A stretch of DNA of 64,000 nt, taken from assembly GCF_001194135.2 (NCBI RefSeq), contig NC_068983.1, positions 29,407,220 to 29,471,219 on the forward strand. Reading direction: 5' to 3'. This DNA is from Octopus bimaculoides. Its lineage: Eukaryota. Positions 39,950 through 52,254 of this stretch are shown one piece after another. The position numbers and the translations under genes are program-made. The number at the start of each line of letters is the position of its first letter. Position 1 is the stretch's first letter. A model generated the notes under the pieces. It worked only from the letters and a program-made list of their open reading frames with translations, ran no database searches and was not told the DNA's origin.

Positions 39950-40920
39950 CCAAGTATCATTGGTTAAACATTTCTGATAACAGGTTACTTGCATTTCCAA
40001 TGGCAGGACTCTCTGAATCTATATTGAGCAGAAAACATTCGGAGAGTGTTTACTTCCACCTCAAGTGAACTAGTAAACAACTTATATTCATTTGCATGCA
40101 ATGGAATTCAGCAGAATGAGGCATGATTTCTTTCTTAATTCTAAGGCCATTTTGCAAAAAATGTTTGGATCCTGTACTTTTAGTTTCTGAAAAGTAGGAA
40201 AATGTGTACAAGTTCATTTTTGAAGATGGCATTCCTATAACTGCAGCTTGTGTGAAAGCTGATGTCTTCCTTGAAGTTATAGATTCAAGTTACTCATATT
40301 AGATGTAATGTTCACAAAAAATGCCAAGATTGCAAATTGCAAGTCTGTCAGGAACATGGAAATGTGAAACATTCACACAGTTACTTTGAGAATATTTTCA
40401 GCTCTTCATGCAATGCAAATGCTCTTTCCAATGTTGACTCTCGGCTAAGCCAGCACACATTGCAGAAATAAAACAAGGTTCCCACATATTCTGCTGCCAT
40501 ATCCAACAAAAACTGGCAATGTCTTCACAACAATGTCCATAACATTCTTCAATTTCAAAGACCTGGAACAAAATGACTTGATAGATAAAAACAATGAATT
40601 TTAACCAGTTTCTGTGTGAATTTCAAAGCTTTACATCTAACCTTGAAGCAATGCATAGATGTTTTTTTTCCTCTCTTCCACCCTTGCGAGTGCCTCATCA
40701 GTAATGATGTCAATTAGCTTTGACATACTACCAAGTCTCATTTCTGTCACATCATTTTCAACAACAAACCTTCAAAAAATGTTTGCTCCAGTAATCATAT
40801 CCTTCAGAGAAATTAATTGAATAAACTCTTCAAAAATTAGAAAATATAAAGCTACTCTCTGTACAAACACTGTAAGTTAAGCAGTGTTTGCCTGGTCAGT
40901 GCTCTCATTAAGTGCAAATG
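39950..40920 (-). pseudogene. Decayed hAT transposase of the SPIN/Buster (GTF2IRD2/ZBED5-like) group
   Basis: Fragments ALNESTDQANTA*LTVFV, KDMITGANIF, KLIDIITDEALA, IHC..CSRSLKLKNVMDIVVKT, VCWLSRESTLERAFAL and LAFFVNITSNMSNLNL*LQG appear in the expected order, with many stops and frameshifts. Confidence 0.85.
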
Positions 40921-43900
40921 AAAAAAATTGTAATTCATTGCAAGAATCCCTTAAACAAATCTTAGCATCTAACATTTCTTAAACTCATCATGTGATAGTT
41001 GTTCTTGCAGAGTGATAGATGGAAATACAGGATTCATTTTAGGAAAAACAATATCCACCATTGACAGTAATTTCACTGCTTTTCCTGGTCCAAAATTGCA
41101 TTAGTTTTCCAAAATTAGCCTTCATTCACAAAACCTCATTTTCCCTTGCTTTAATTACAACTGTGGTGGGTGTGTAATGTTGCCTAAAATTTGCTACCTT
41201 CATGCAAATTAGACAAGCTCATTCCCCAATGTGCCTGATGAAGATGTGTCCTAATATCCAAGTATTTTGCAAGTTTCATCTCTCAGCACCTATCTTCTAG
41301 TATTTTACATCCATTGCATGGGAATTTTTTCTTTGTTTTCCTTTCAAAACTCAAGTTATCCCACAAGTATCATAGCACATCTCCTGATATCTTGTTATTT
41401 ATTATAAGAGATGTCAGGCAGTCACATGACATACCTACCCATGTGTGAAACGTCCCTTTAGTAAAAATGTTTAACCAACAATTTTGAGAGCATCACTACA
41501 CAAGTAGATACAGAAAAAGTGTGATTAGTCCTAAACATTCCTTGCAAACCATTTGCATATCCGAGTCAACAAAGTACAAACTTTACAAGAATTAATCCTA
41601 TTTTCTTCAAGCAGATACTTGCTGTGAATTTCTTGTTAAAGTATAGCCTTCTTCCTGTCTATAAACTTGAACAATCCCACCTCAAAATGAACAGGCATAC
41701 AGAGAGTATCTAATACATATTAACAAGGTGGCCCTACTTCCCAGGACTCAGATACACTAGTGTTTGGTTTGGAATTAAACTAAACCTCAAACCAGTCTAA
41801 CGAAACACATTCATGATCTATCCCTATGGTCAGATGAAAGACAGAGAATCAGGTGAAAATATCATTTTTAGGCTGGATATGCATAGTTCTGCAATATTTA
41901 CTTGTAGGCCAAAGATTGTTCACTCTTGATGTAGAAGCTTATGCTGAGGTACTCGTGTCTTGTTATTAGATAATACTGATTGGATATAATTAGCAATCTG
42001 AGCAATTACCAACTGAGTGCAAGAGACTGAATCTAAATAAAGTTATCAAACACCAAGTCATTTATTTCAGCTTTATGTGGGTATCCATTTATTCATATCT
42101 ATATTTCAATGTAGCCCAATAGAAATTTCCTTTCAAATATATTTACTGGTTTGGCTTTGGTTAATTTCTCTGAAATAAATCACTGCCAAGATGGTACAAG
42201 ACCCATTATGCTTTTCTATTTGGTTAATTGTTGTTTAGTTTTGGGTCAGTCCTGATTTAGCAGACGTTTGATGAAAAGTATTCCAACCAAGACAGCATAT
42301 AACGGCAAATGCAGACTATAGAGTGAAGTATTGTCCACACAAACATTGATAACATCAATATTTATACTATAAACATAATCCCATGAAATGGACTAAACTA
42401 TTACTATGGATACTTTTCTAAGTCTGTGGTTTCACAATCACTATTAAAAATTCATATACATTTTTGTGATTGGATCAAACAATACAAGACTTCCTGTTCA
42501 TATTCTTAATCAACTCTTCAATAAGGTAAACTAGTATATCTAAAAACTTTCGTACTATGTTTTAATCTTTGCTAGTCAACAACTTATTCTATACATTTTT
42601 AACATATGATTAACACAATCTCATCAATGATTTGTTAGAAGCAGGAGTTGAAAAATGTTTCAGATACATATAGTAAATCTGAAAGTTTATTCCATATTAA
42701 CATCACATTTTAAACAATGAATCACAAAACATACTTCAAAGTCTTGATCTACAACAAAGGCACCTAGTCCAAATTTTTTTCCTAATCACATAGCACAATG
42801 CCACTAGTATTTTGCTGACATTGATTAGTGACTGCAAACAAGAATCTTTAATTTAAAATAGATGAAATCTAATCATGATGCTATTTAGCCAATTCCAATA
42901 TGTTACTTCTAGGAGAGAACCGGTGCAGGCTATTTATTGTTCAAGTAGAAGTCTTTGTTGGTCAGTATCAGCAGATAGAGCATGATACAGGAGTTCTTCC
43001 ATGAAATTAACAAAATTTGTATTCTCTTGAAGTTAAATGTTATGAAATTTTAAGATTACAAGCGGAAAATCCAGGAGGTTTTCATTGATTGAATAAGTGT
43101 GTGCTATGGGAGAGAATAGAATATTTAAAACAGAATTAAATGATGTAGAGAAGAAATAGTAAGCTGTGTCCTTAATATAAATTGTATACAGTTAGTAATA
43201 AACATATTATTGATATAGAGGGGGAAAGTCAGATATTAACCCGCTAAGGAAGTATATCAGAAATTCATTGATTGGCGACTGGATTAGGTAGACTTATGAT
43301 CAAAGGCATTCCAACCATGATCATTTTGCAATCCGTGGGACTTCCTAAATTACACACCTAATGAAAAAATTACCTTCAATTTTTTTTTTAACACAGTTCA
43401 GCTGACGATGAACCATATCTCATAGTCTGCTTCTCAAAAAAGGTTGCTCATGCCTGCAGTAGGGCATAATGTGAGGGAGATTTGGCAGCTGCTTCTAGTA
43501 AATACCACATAGAGGTTACCACTTTAGCATGTACAGATCTAAATTATAAATAGTAACAGGGTTACAATTTAGGGAACATAAACTGCATGTCAAACTGAAA
43601 TGGTTTTATATATTACGAGCCTTTACTCAAGATAACAATGATAGTAAAACTGTAAAGTCATAAGCAGGTTATTATCATAAAATCTTTAAAAGTTTATCAA
43701 CAATCTCCAGGCCCTCTGTCATATGAAACTATGGGTCTACCCTTTGACAGTCCCTCACTGAGAAAAAAGATGTGGGCAATGTTTTTATGGAAGACCAACA
43801 ATTGCTCAATGCATTCAAATCTCTTCTCCCACATATCACTGATGTTGCTAAAGGAAAGGGCAAGGGCCAGCACAATTTGGCACCAATGTCTTAACAGTTA

Positions 43901-46071
43901 TAAGAGCCATAACCATAGCCACTTGGTAAACATGCACTATGCTTTGACTAATTGTTTTAGATGCCTATGTATTTTCAACTAGACATATAGAGCAGTGCTC
44001 CAGCATGGCTACAGCCTTAGGGTTAAACCCTATAAAATAATAAAAGAATATACAATCTCTCCCTTGATCAGCAGAACATAAAGGAGGTGTCAGCTGAAAT
44101 GAAAGAGAACTAACTATACCAGCAATGATTTTCAACTAAATGATGTCTTGTCCAACATGTGCCTTCCTTGTCCAGGAAACAAACCCACAAATTCATGATA
44201 TTGAATCCAACACCATAACCACACAAAAAATTCAATAAATGATAAGTTACTAAGTAATTAAACTGATAATTTTAAACTGTTTTTATAAAATATTCTTCGA
44301 ATTGTTTATTGGAATTATTCTTCATCCAATATAAATGTGGTTAAGAAATTTACTTCGCAACATTGTTTAACACTATTTTGAGTAGTGTCTTTTACCATTG
44401 CTTCGGGAGTAGAATTTGAAAGACGTAAACTGTGAGGAAGATCACCCGAGAGGCAGTTCCCTGTTCTTGGATAATACACTTATTCCATCGTCTCAGTGTA
44501 GCAAATCCACTGACCCTTGGGGTGCCTTCAACAGAGTCCACTCAGTCGCAAGCATTTGACTAAGCTATTAAAATATACACACACACACGCGCGCGTGCAT
44601 TTACATCATGAATATACGCACACAATTATGACGCATTAAGATTGTGTTTAAAAGTCAATAGGAATCAACGCTGTATAATATGAGAAGAAAAAAATTAAAT
44701 ATGTATTTACAAAGTAGAAACTGTATTATAAAAATGTCAAGTATTAAAATGAAACGCATGTAGCGATAGAAATGGCTGCATGATTAAGAAATTCGCTTTG
44801 CACCCACGTGATTTTATGTTCATTCTTAATTGCAGCACACTGGGCAAGTGTCCGATTCTAGTCCTTAATTTGACCAAACATCTTAGAAGATTTTGGGTTG
44901 GCGGAAAGTGGCCAGAAGCCTGTCATGTGTGTGTGTGTACACATACATACATACACACACTCACACATACCATATGTGTGTCCGTGTTTCAGCACAACAT
45001 CGCCGATTAAATACGACAGGTTAAAAACAGTAACTTAGCCAAACGGTAGAATGTACAACGATAAAAATAAGTACCATGTAGAAATATGTACTTGGGGCGT
45101 TGAAGATCAGACTAGAAAGCTTCGCAGGCGATGTCAGAGTATATAACTTTAGTCCAGAGGCCGAAACTCGTAAAACATTAAATGGATGGCATTAGCATTT
45201 TCTCCATAATCTTGCCAACATTTAGCAATAAAGAATTAATCTCGAAATGACTTTACGTAACAAACTCTCTATATACACATTGTGCCAACGAGGGAGCCTC
45301 TAAGTGGTCGCTCGAACTGCTAGAAACAGCTGCCAAATTTACCTTAAATTACACCCTGTCGTCTTAAATAAGGACAAGACACACAGGATAATGTAATCCT
45401 TGTCAGAAACTGGAGTTGTTTCACTGCAAGTCTACTCCATCAGGATTAACCGGGGGCTAAACAGCAAAGTCTATAATGCATCATGCTACTTCTGTTTAGT
45501 GTTGGTCGTGGAAAAACAAGAAATGTGAACCTAATTTCGTTTCTTATTTTTACTTCGTTTGTTCGTATTATAAAAACAGCAATATAAATACAACAGACAT
45601 ACATACAAATATTTATACCATACAACTCCCAAGTTGGCGAAGAAACGTGATCAACCGCCTTACTAGAAATAGCAACCAAATCACACACCGTTTTTGAAAT
45701 ATGAAAAAGAAGATAGCATGAGATGATAAAGTGATTTAAGATTCCCCTTTAAAAAAAAGGGGTGGAAAAGGTTGTCGTGGTTGACTGGCTAGCTGGAATG
45801 CCCTTTTTATTATTATCATCACCGTTTATTATTATTTAAAACAATAACAACAACAATAATAATAATAATGATAATGAACAAAAATAATACTAAAATAATA
45901 TTGCCAAACAATTATTGCAGTTGTTATTCGTGTACAAATAAATATATAATTTTATCGTTATTTTGAAAATAAAGGATGAAATTTTCAAGAAACGTGTCGA
46001 GTGAAATAAAATCTAGTTAAAAAAAATAAATGCAAATGTACAGATGGGAAGATGCAACTTAATTTGCATCG

Positions 46072-46137
<66 letters not shown>

Positions 46138-46505
46138 TGATGCAAATAACAATAAAAATAGAATTGAATTGGTACTTATTAGATTTCAACTGATAATTTT
46201 AAATATAGCAAGAGATAGCAGGGAGTGGAGGAGAGGGGGGGGGCGAAAACGCGTAATGGTAGTTGTGATGGTGGTGGTGAGGGCGGCGGCTTGTGTGTGT
46301 CACGAGTTATTATGGTTTCTTGGTTTCTAGATATGTAATTCCGAATTTAAATGGGAAATAAATAAAACAGAAAGCAGATAGATAAATAAATAAAAGACTA
46401 CCGTATATTTTGTTTGATAAGAAATACAACAGACACACTCCACTCGGCGTATGCTATCTGCATATACCTTTAAATATCTACAAAATATGAGTGCGAGTAT
46501 ATGAG

Positions 46506-46536
<31 letters not shown>

Positions 46537-47989
46537 CACTTACATGTGTGTAAATATATATATATACATATGTGTGCGTATATATATATATATATATATA
46601 TATACGCGCGCGCGAGCACTCCATGAGACCGTTTTTAAATTAAGATCTGTGGGGAGTGGGTATGGAATGAAATGCCATTTCTCAGAACTACAAGCTTTCT
46701 TTTTATATCTTTTGTTTAACCCAAGGTCGATACACGAATTGAGCGAGCAGACATGATCAATGATAGTGAATATCCATCCATCATCTTTTTCTCAAACGTT
46801 GTACATCTACATCATTCACTGCTTCCTCTTTTAGAACGATAGGATTCGCAATTTGAGCAAGATTTGGCTACTATTTCTAGCTTGTATATGTTCTTTTTCT
46901 TTTCATATCTTGAATATAAAACGTGAGTGAACGAAGACAAATAGAAAGAGTAGTACGGAACTCAACCCATGCTTGCTTAATGAATTTATCGAAATTCTAG
47001 TATTTGGCCCATTTGAGTTATTTCCCTTGGCTGTTTTTCTTCTCAACTGTAGAATATAAATAGAATGAATCAAGAAGGAAAACTCAACGTGGTTGCTCGA
47101 CCTGGAAGAAATAGTTGCCAGATTTCCCTCAAATCACGTCCTACCAAATTCAAAAAAGGGGCGGGCACATTAGATAATGTAGTCCTAATTATTCCTTAAA
47201 ATACGAGTTAGTCACGGCTGGAACGCCTTTGATGATAGGTCTGCTCCACTAAGTTTGAGTCGGACTTGAAAAAAAAAACAACCAAAAACAATGATAACAA
47301 CATACAAACAATATGATCACGTACGCCATTTACCATTAACACACCACACGCAGACATATTCTTGTGTTGTATCAGGCGATATAGTTAACGAAAATATATT
47401 CTGCACGTGTATGTGTATATAATAAAATAATACACACGTGTGACGGTAAATGCAAGATATACAAAATAGAAGCATAGAAACAGAAAAGATTTTCCAGAGA
47501 GACTGACAGAATATAAAAAACAAGTGGGGAAAAACTAGTTTAAAAAATTTAGGAAATTACTGGAAAATATCCGAAAAAGAAAATGTGTGGCGACCAAATA
47601 TCGATAAATTTTCACTTTCTTCGTTTTATTTTTCAAGCAACATGAGAAAGTGAAATGAAAAATTAATTTTAAAAAAGTCAATGTACGACTAATTAAATAT
47701 ACAATAATTTGAATAAAGGAAATAACGGGTGCTAGGTAGATAATTTGTATTTTCTGAGGGGGTCTAGAAACGATGAATGGGAAAAGATAGTAAAATGAGA
47801 TAGAACTGTACATAGTATACAAAATATGTGAACACATGAATATGTCGTCCTCCTTATACAGCAGAACCTCCATCGCCAATCAAGGAAACCCACAGATCCA
47901 AGATTACCGTGACCACCAAAGCCACGAGCCCTCGTCCATATGTTGTTCTCCAATTTACATACGCATGCTTGATAATAACAATAATCATC

Positions 47990-48840
47990 CTTTCTACTAT
48001 AGGCACAAGACCTGAAATGAGAGAGGGTGGGGGAAAGTCGATTACATCGAACCCCAGTGCCTTGACTGGTACTTATTTTATCAGCCCCGAAAGGATGAAA
48101 AAAAGGCAAAGTCGACCTCGGTGAAATTTGAACTCAGAACGCAGAGCGAACAAAATGTCGCTAAGCATTTTGCAGGGCGCGGTAACGATTCTGCCAGCTC
48201 GCCGCGTTAATAATAATAATAATAATAATAACAATAACAATAACAATAACAATAATAATAATAATAATCCTTCTACTATAGGCACAAGGCCTGAAACTTT
48301 GGGGGAGAGGACTAGTCGATTACATCGACCCCAGTGTTTCACTGGTACTTAATTAATCGAACCCGAAAGGATGAAAGGCAAAGTCAACCTCGGCGGAATT
48401 TGAACCCAGAACATAGCGACGGGCAAAATAACGCTAAGTCAGTGATTCCCAATCTGTGGTCCCCGAACATGTTAAGCTGACAGACCTTTCAACATCCCGG
48501 GGTCCGTGGGAAAAACTCATTTAAATAAAAGTGTTCCACTGTAGTGAAAAGTTTGGGAATCACTGTGCTAAGCATTTCGTCCAGCCTGCTAACGATTCTG
48601 CCAGCTCGCCACCTTAATAATAATGGTTTCAAATTTTGCCACAAGGGCAGCAGTTTTCGAGGAGGGGATAGTCGATTACATTATTATTAATAATAATAAT
48701 TAAAGGCTCAGGTCCTGAATCTTAGTGGGAGGGGCCAGTCGGCTACACCGATCCTAGCACTTAACTGGTGCTTATTGTATCGACTCCAAAAGGATGAGAA
48801 GCAGAACTGACCGGCGGAATTTGAACTCAGATAATCAAAT
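47990..48840 (-). mobile_element. Cluster of three family C SINE copies separated by (AAT/AAC)n
   Basis: Copies at about 47990-48208, 48268-48615 (interrupted by a MITE) and 48620-48835. The minus-strand head has A/B boxes and the body gcctttcatcctttcgggg..gataaaataagtaccag resembles the Meta domain. Confidence 0.85.
48440..48565. mobile_element. hAT (Buster-type) MITE nested in a SINE
   Basis: TIR CAGTGATTCCCAA / TTGGGAATCACTG. TSD cgctaagt / tgctaagc duplicates the SINE's cgctaagc and has a central TA. Confidence 0.9.
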
Positions 48841-50197
48841 TGAAAGACGTTGTTATTGTTAGGACAGCTCTAATCCAACAAACTTGTGATCAAAAAAGCG
48901 TTTTCAAAAGCCACCATCCTGTTTTTCATTTAGTTTATAACGACCTTATTTTTTTTAAGACCGTAGGGTGTGATATAAAGACTAGCATATCTCACTCTAG
49001 TAAAGAAAAATTTAGGATATTATCTGATGTGATGTGAGGGCGATTTAGCCGTTATTTCAGACAGGTTTGACGAACTCCAGAAGCTCATGTAAATTAATAG
49101 TAATGGTATATTTAGGACTACATTATCCAATGTTCTGTTTTCTTTTTCAAGACGTTAACACATGATATAAGGAAAACTTTTGTTATTTCTACCAGGTTAA
49201 GCGAGCGCGTGAACGCTCCCTAGGACGTAAAACGGGATGGGTTGAACTGAAAACTTAAGTTTAAAAGACAGAACAGTTAATGACAGAACGAATTAAGCAA
49301 TTCGTGTTGTAGTTTAGCCTTACATCATCCCCTTACTGTGCAAAAACTATGCCCAAAGCCATTCCAAGTAAGACCATCCCTAATCATAAACCAGGAACTG
49401 TATCTTGATTTTTTTTTTAGATAGCAAGAGATTTAGCTACTATTTCTAGCAGGTTGAACGACCAATCAGGCACTTCTTTGCTATATTACTGGTTTGCGTT
49501 TTCAGTTAATAAGTTCTAAGATGACTGACAGTTGTTGATGCATGTGTTGTTTACACCCCACCCAACCACACTTTTCCAGGCTAAACCTGATCGAACAAAT
49601 AGAACCAAGATCAAAAGCATTCCAGCTTTGACCGCCCAGACTTCTCTGAAAATCAGAGGGATTACATCATCCAAATGTATTTTTTTAAATTTAAAACAGT
49701 AGCTATGATCTGAGGAAAATTCGTGTACTGTTATTTCTAGCGAATCGAGCAACTACGTAGAAAGCTACTTCATTTAGCTCATGATGAACTATTGTAGTTT
49801 ATTAATGAGATATTAAGAAGAAGCAACAACAGCCTCCATGCCAGCCAGTAGTGGCGGCGGTGGCTGGCACACGATCGTTCGCTTGGATGCTGACGTTGTA
49901 AATAGGATCACTATCTCTGCTCAATGACTGCAAGAACTTGAAATAGGTACGGACATATCAACTGCATCAAGAGTCAACCGACTAAAGTAATAGAACTGGT
50001 GTTGTTATTATGGCAGGGTGGTGGTAAAAATAGGCCTAAAATAGAAATAGCAACATAAACGGCGCTTCGAGAGAGAAGCAGCAACATCACACACACACAC
50101 ACTGAGCAAGAGAAGCATGTATGTCTGTGTGGTGTGTATGTAGGTGTAAGGGAAGATTAGAAGAGAAAAGAGAGGAATGGCAGGAGCAGTTGCTTAC

Positions 50198-50650
50198 TTA
50201 GACTGCCAGACCTCGCTGTTTAAACAAGCTACGCCTACACATATTTCACCTTCCATTTTACATGTCTGTCAACCTATCTATCATGATAAAAGATTTTAAT
50301 TATCTGTGAGACTGTTTTCAAAATGCATTGTTATAGCGGCAAGAGATCGCCTTGTTGTAGTAGGATTCAATTTGTTGTTGTTTTTTCTTCTTCTTTTCTT
50401 TCATGCACGTTTATTTTTAATACAAGTAAAATAATATGCACCATACGATATAAAAAAACAAAAATGCGTATAAAGCAAACAATTCGTAACGAACTAGAAT
50501 AGACAAAGCGGTCAGCTGGTAATCGTCCGCAGTAGGAATGGTCAATGCGAGTCTAGTCACAGCACAGAGAACCACCTTTAGTTCGTAGTCGACTATGTTG
50601 TTTGTCTCGGAGTTACGCTGTTGTTGCAATTTTGACTATGGTGTGCAGCA
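50198..50650 (-). other. Candidate first exon (5' UTR plus short coding start MEGEICVGVACLNSEVWQS)
   Basis: ATG at 50256 and strong donor CTAA|gtaagc after 50198. It lies in CpG-rich, non-repetitive sequence downstream of CCAAT boxes. The 5' end is approximate. Confidence 0.35.
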
Positions 50651-50653
50651 GTC

Positions 50654-50750
50654 CCAGATGCAGTAACTGCATCTGGAGACGATAATGTTTGCTCGAGCAC
50701 TACTTATTTTCCCATTGGCCACGTTTCTCTTCATCGAAACACCAATGTGT
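50654..50750 (-). promoter_or_regulatory. Putative core promoter with two CCAAT boxes and a 10-bp palindrome
   Basis: ATTGG at 50714-50718, CCAAT at 50742-50746, and CCAGATGCAG-TAA-CTGCATCTGG at 50654-50676, all in a CpG-rich context. Confidence 0.3.
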
Positions 50751-51732
50751 CCGCTCTCTCAACTACCTTTTTTCCCCCCCATTTCAACTAGACATTGCTT
50801 ATTTCTTCCTGGCTGTTCCTTTTCAGGCTCATCATCTTTCATATTTTTCTTACAACGCAAAGAGATCATTGACGATGCAGTCGTTCTGCATACGATTGCT
50901 ACATTCTCTTAGCACGCTTAGGAAGCTGTCGTTGTTATTATTAAGCCCCCAAGTCAACCAGACTCACGATCAAAAGCATTCCAGCAGTGAGCAACTCGGG
51001 GCAATGTAGGACTACATACCTATGACTAATGTATCCTTTACTTATTTGAGACGATAGAAAAGGGATTTGGTTGCTCTTTCTAATTATTTGACCGACAACG
51101 TACAGGCTACGTTGACGCGACCCTGTTGGCTCGCTTAGGAGGAGAATAAAGTGAAATCAGATTGTTATTTTTCATTCTTATAAACATGCTTTCTTCATAA
51201 AGAAGGATGATTTGCATCTAAAAAGGTGACCGTCCCTCAAGAGGGTTACGAAATTTATCTCAAATATATTTGTTTCATAAAGATGAAAAATGGTTTAATA
51301 CTATACAGAAAACTGAGAAAAAGAAAGAAACAAACAAGAGCTAAATTAGCTATAAATCAAAATAAGATGTCCATATAAAATTGCACAAAATTTTTCTAAT
51401 TTATTTATTATTTAGTTTCCAAGAACCCCCCCACCCCACNNNNNNNNNNACCCCCCACACACAAAAGAACGAACAAAAACTACGAAAAACACTAGATATC
51501 CATCGCAATAGTTTAGCTTTGACTGAGCGGATCTATGAGCAAAAGCGTTCCAACCATGACATTACCGTCTTCCTATATCTAGCCTTCGTTTGATTTGAAG
51601 AAAATTTAACTGACATTTCTAGCAGGTGGAGCGACTTCGTAGAGGAACCCCGTCCATCATAGTAGCAATCTAGCTTTATATATATATAAACAATATATGA
51701 GTATATGCATATATATGTACATGTATGTATAT

Positions 51733-51985
51733 ACGTTCATCTACATGTACATATAGATACATAACTGGGTACATGACGTGGCAAAAGAACAAGGACAAAA
51801 TGGTAAACAAGGTGCAACAAACAAGCAGGCCACATAGAAACATCCCCTTCATCAGCTGCCACCATTAAAACTCCGGCGTTTCGAAGAATTAAGGCAGTAC
51901 GCATCGTTAAAATGGTTCTTCCCACGAACACAAATTAAATTGTTTTCGTGGAGGGTAGTGGCGGACGGAAAACAAGACAGGAAAA
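51733..51985 (-). mobile_element. Penelope-like-associated repeat with a hammerhead-like motif, copy 2
   Basis: Homologous to 15310-15705. Confidence 0.6.
51849..51902 (-). ncRNA. Candidate permuted hammerhead ribozyme, copy 2
   Basis: Minus strand reads GCGUA-CUGCC-UUAAUUCUUC-GAAACGC-linker-GGCAG-CUGAUGA-AGGGGA. Activity is untested. Confidence 0.4.
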
Positions 51986-52070
51986 CGAAACGGTGAAATA
52001 AACGAACAAAAAGGCTGTACAGCCAGAGGTGAGATATTAAAAAAATCCGAAGATTAAAATTATATTACAT

Positions 52071-52254
52071 ACAAAAATAAGAGGGGTGACCAGCAAAAGT
52101 GGATTCCTATATGCTAGAAATAGATGCCGAATCATCTAACCACGAAAGTCGCTGAATTTTTACTGAGAACATATTGTTTTCGTGGTTAGATGATTCGGCA
52201 TCTATTTCTAGCATATAGGAGTCCACTTTTGCTGGTCATCCCTCTTATTTTTGT
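52071..52254. repeat. Near-perfect inverted repeat (77-bp arms, 30-nt loop)
   Basis: 52071-52147 versus 52178-52254 show two mismatches, both transitions. It may be a TA-flanked MITE at 52080-52245. Confidence 0.9.

Larger units (their letters stand above)
48860..51650. repeat. Multiple fragments of an abundant interspersed repeat, family D (motif gatttggctgctatttctagcaggt)
   Basis: The motif recurs at about 49040, 49430, 49730, 51065 and 51615, and also near 14750, 27165, 37705, 43490, 45320, 45665, 46865, 47110, 58735, 60735 and 62065. The span given brackets the densest cluster and includes unique sequence. Confidence 0.7.

Noticed and set aside
50714-50723. ATTGGCCACG as an ER-stress element (ERSE-II)
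   Set aside because: ERSE-II needs ATTGG-N-CCACG, and the 1-nt spacer is absent here.
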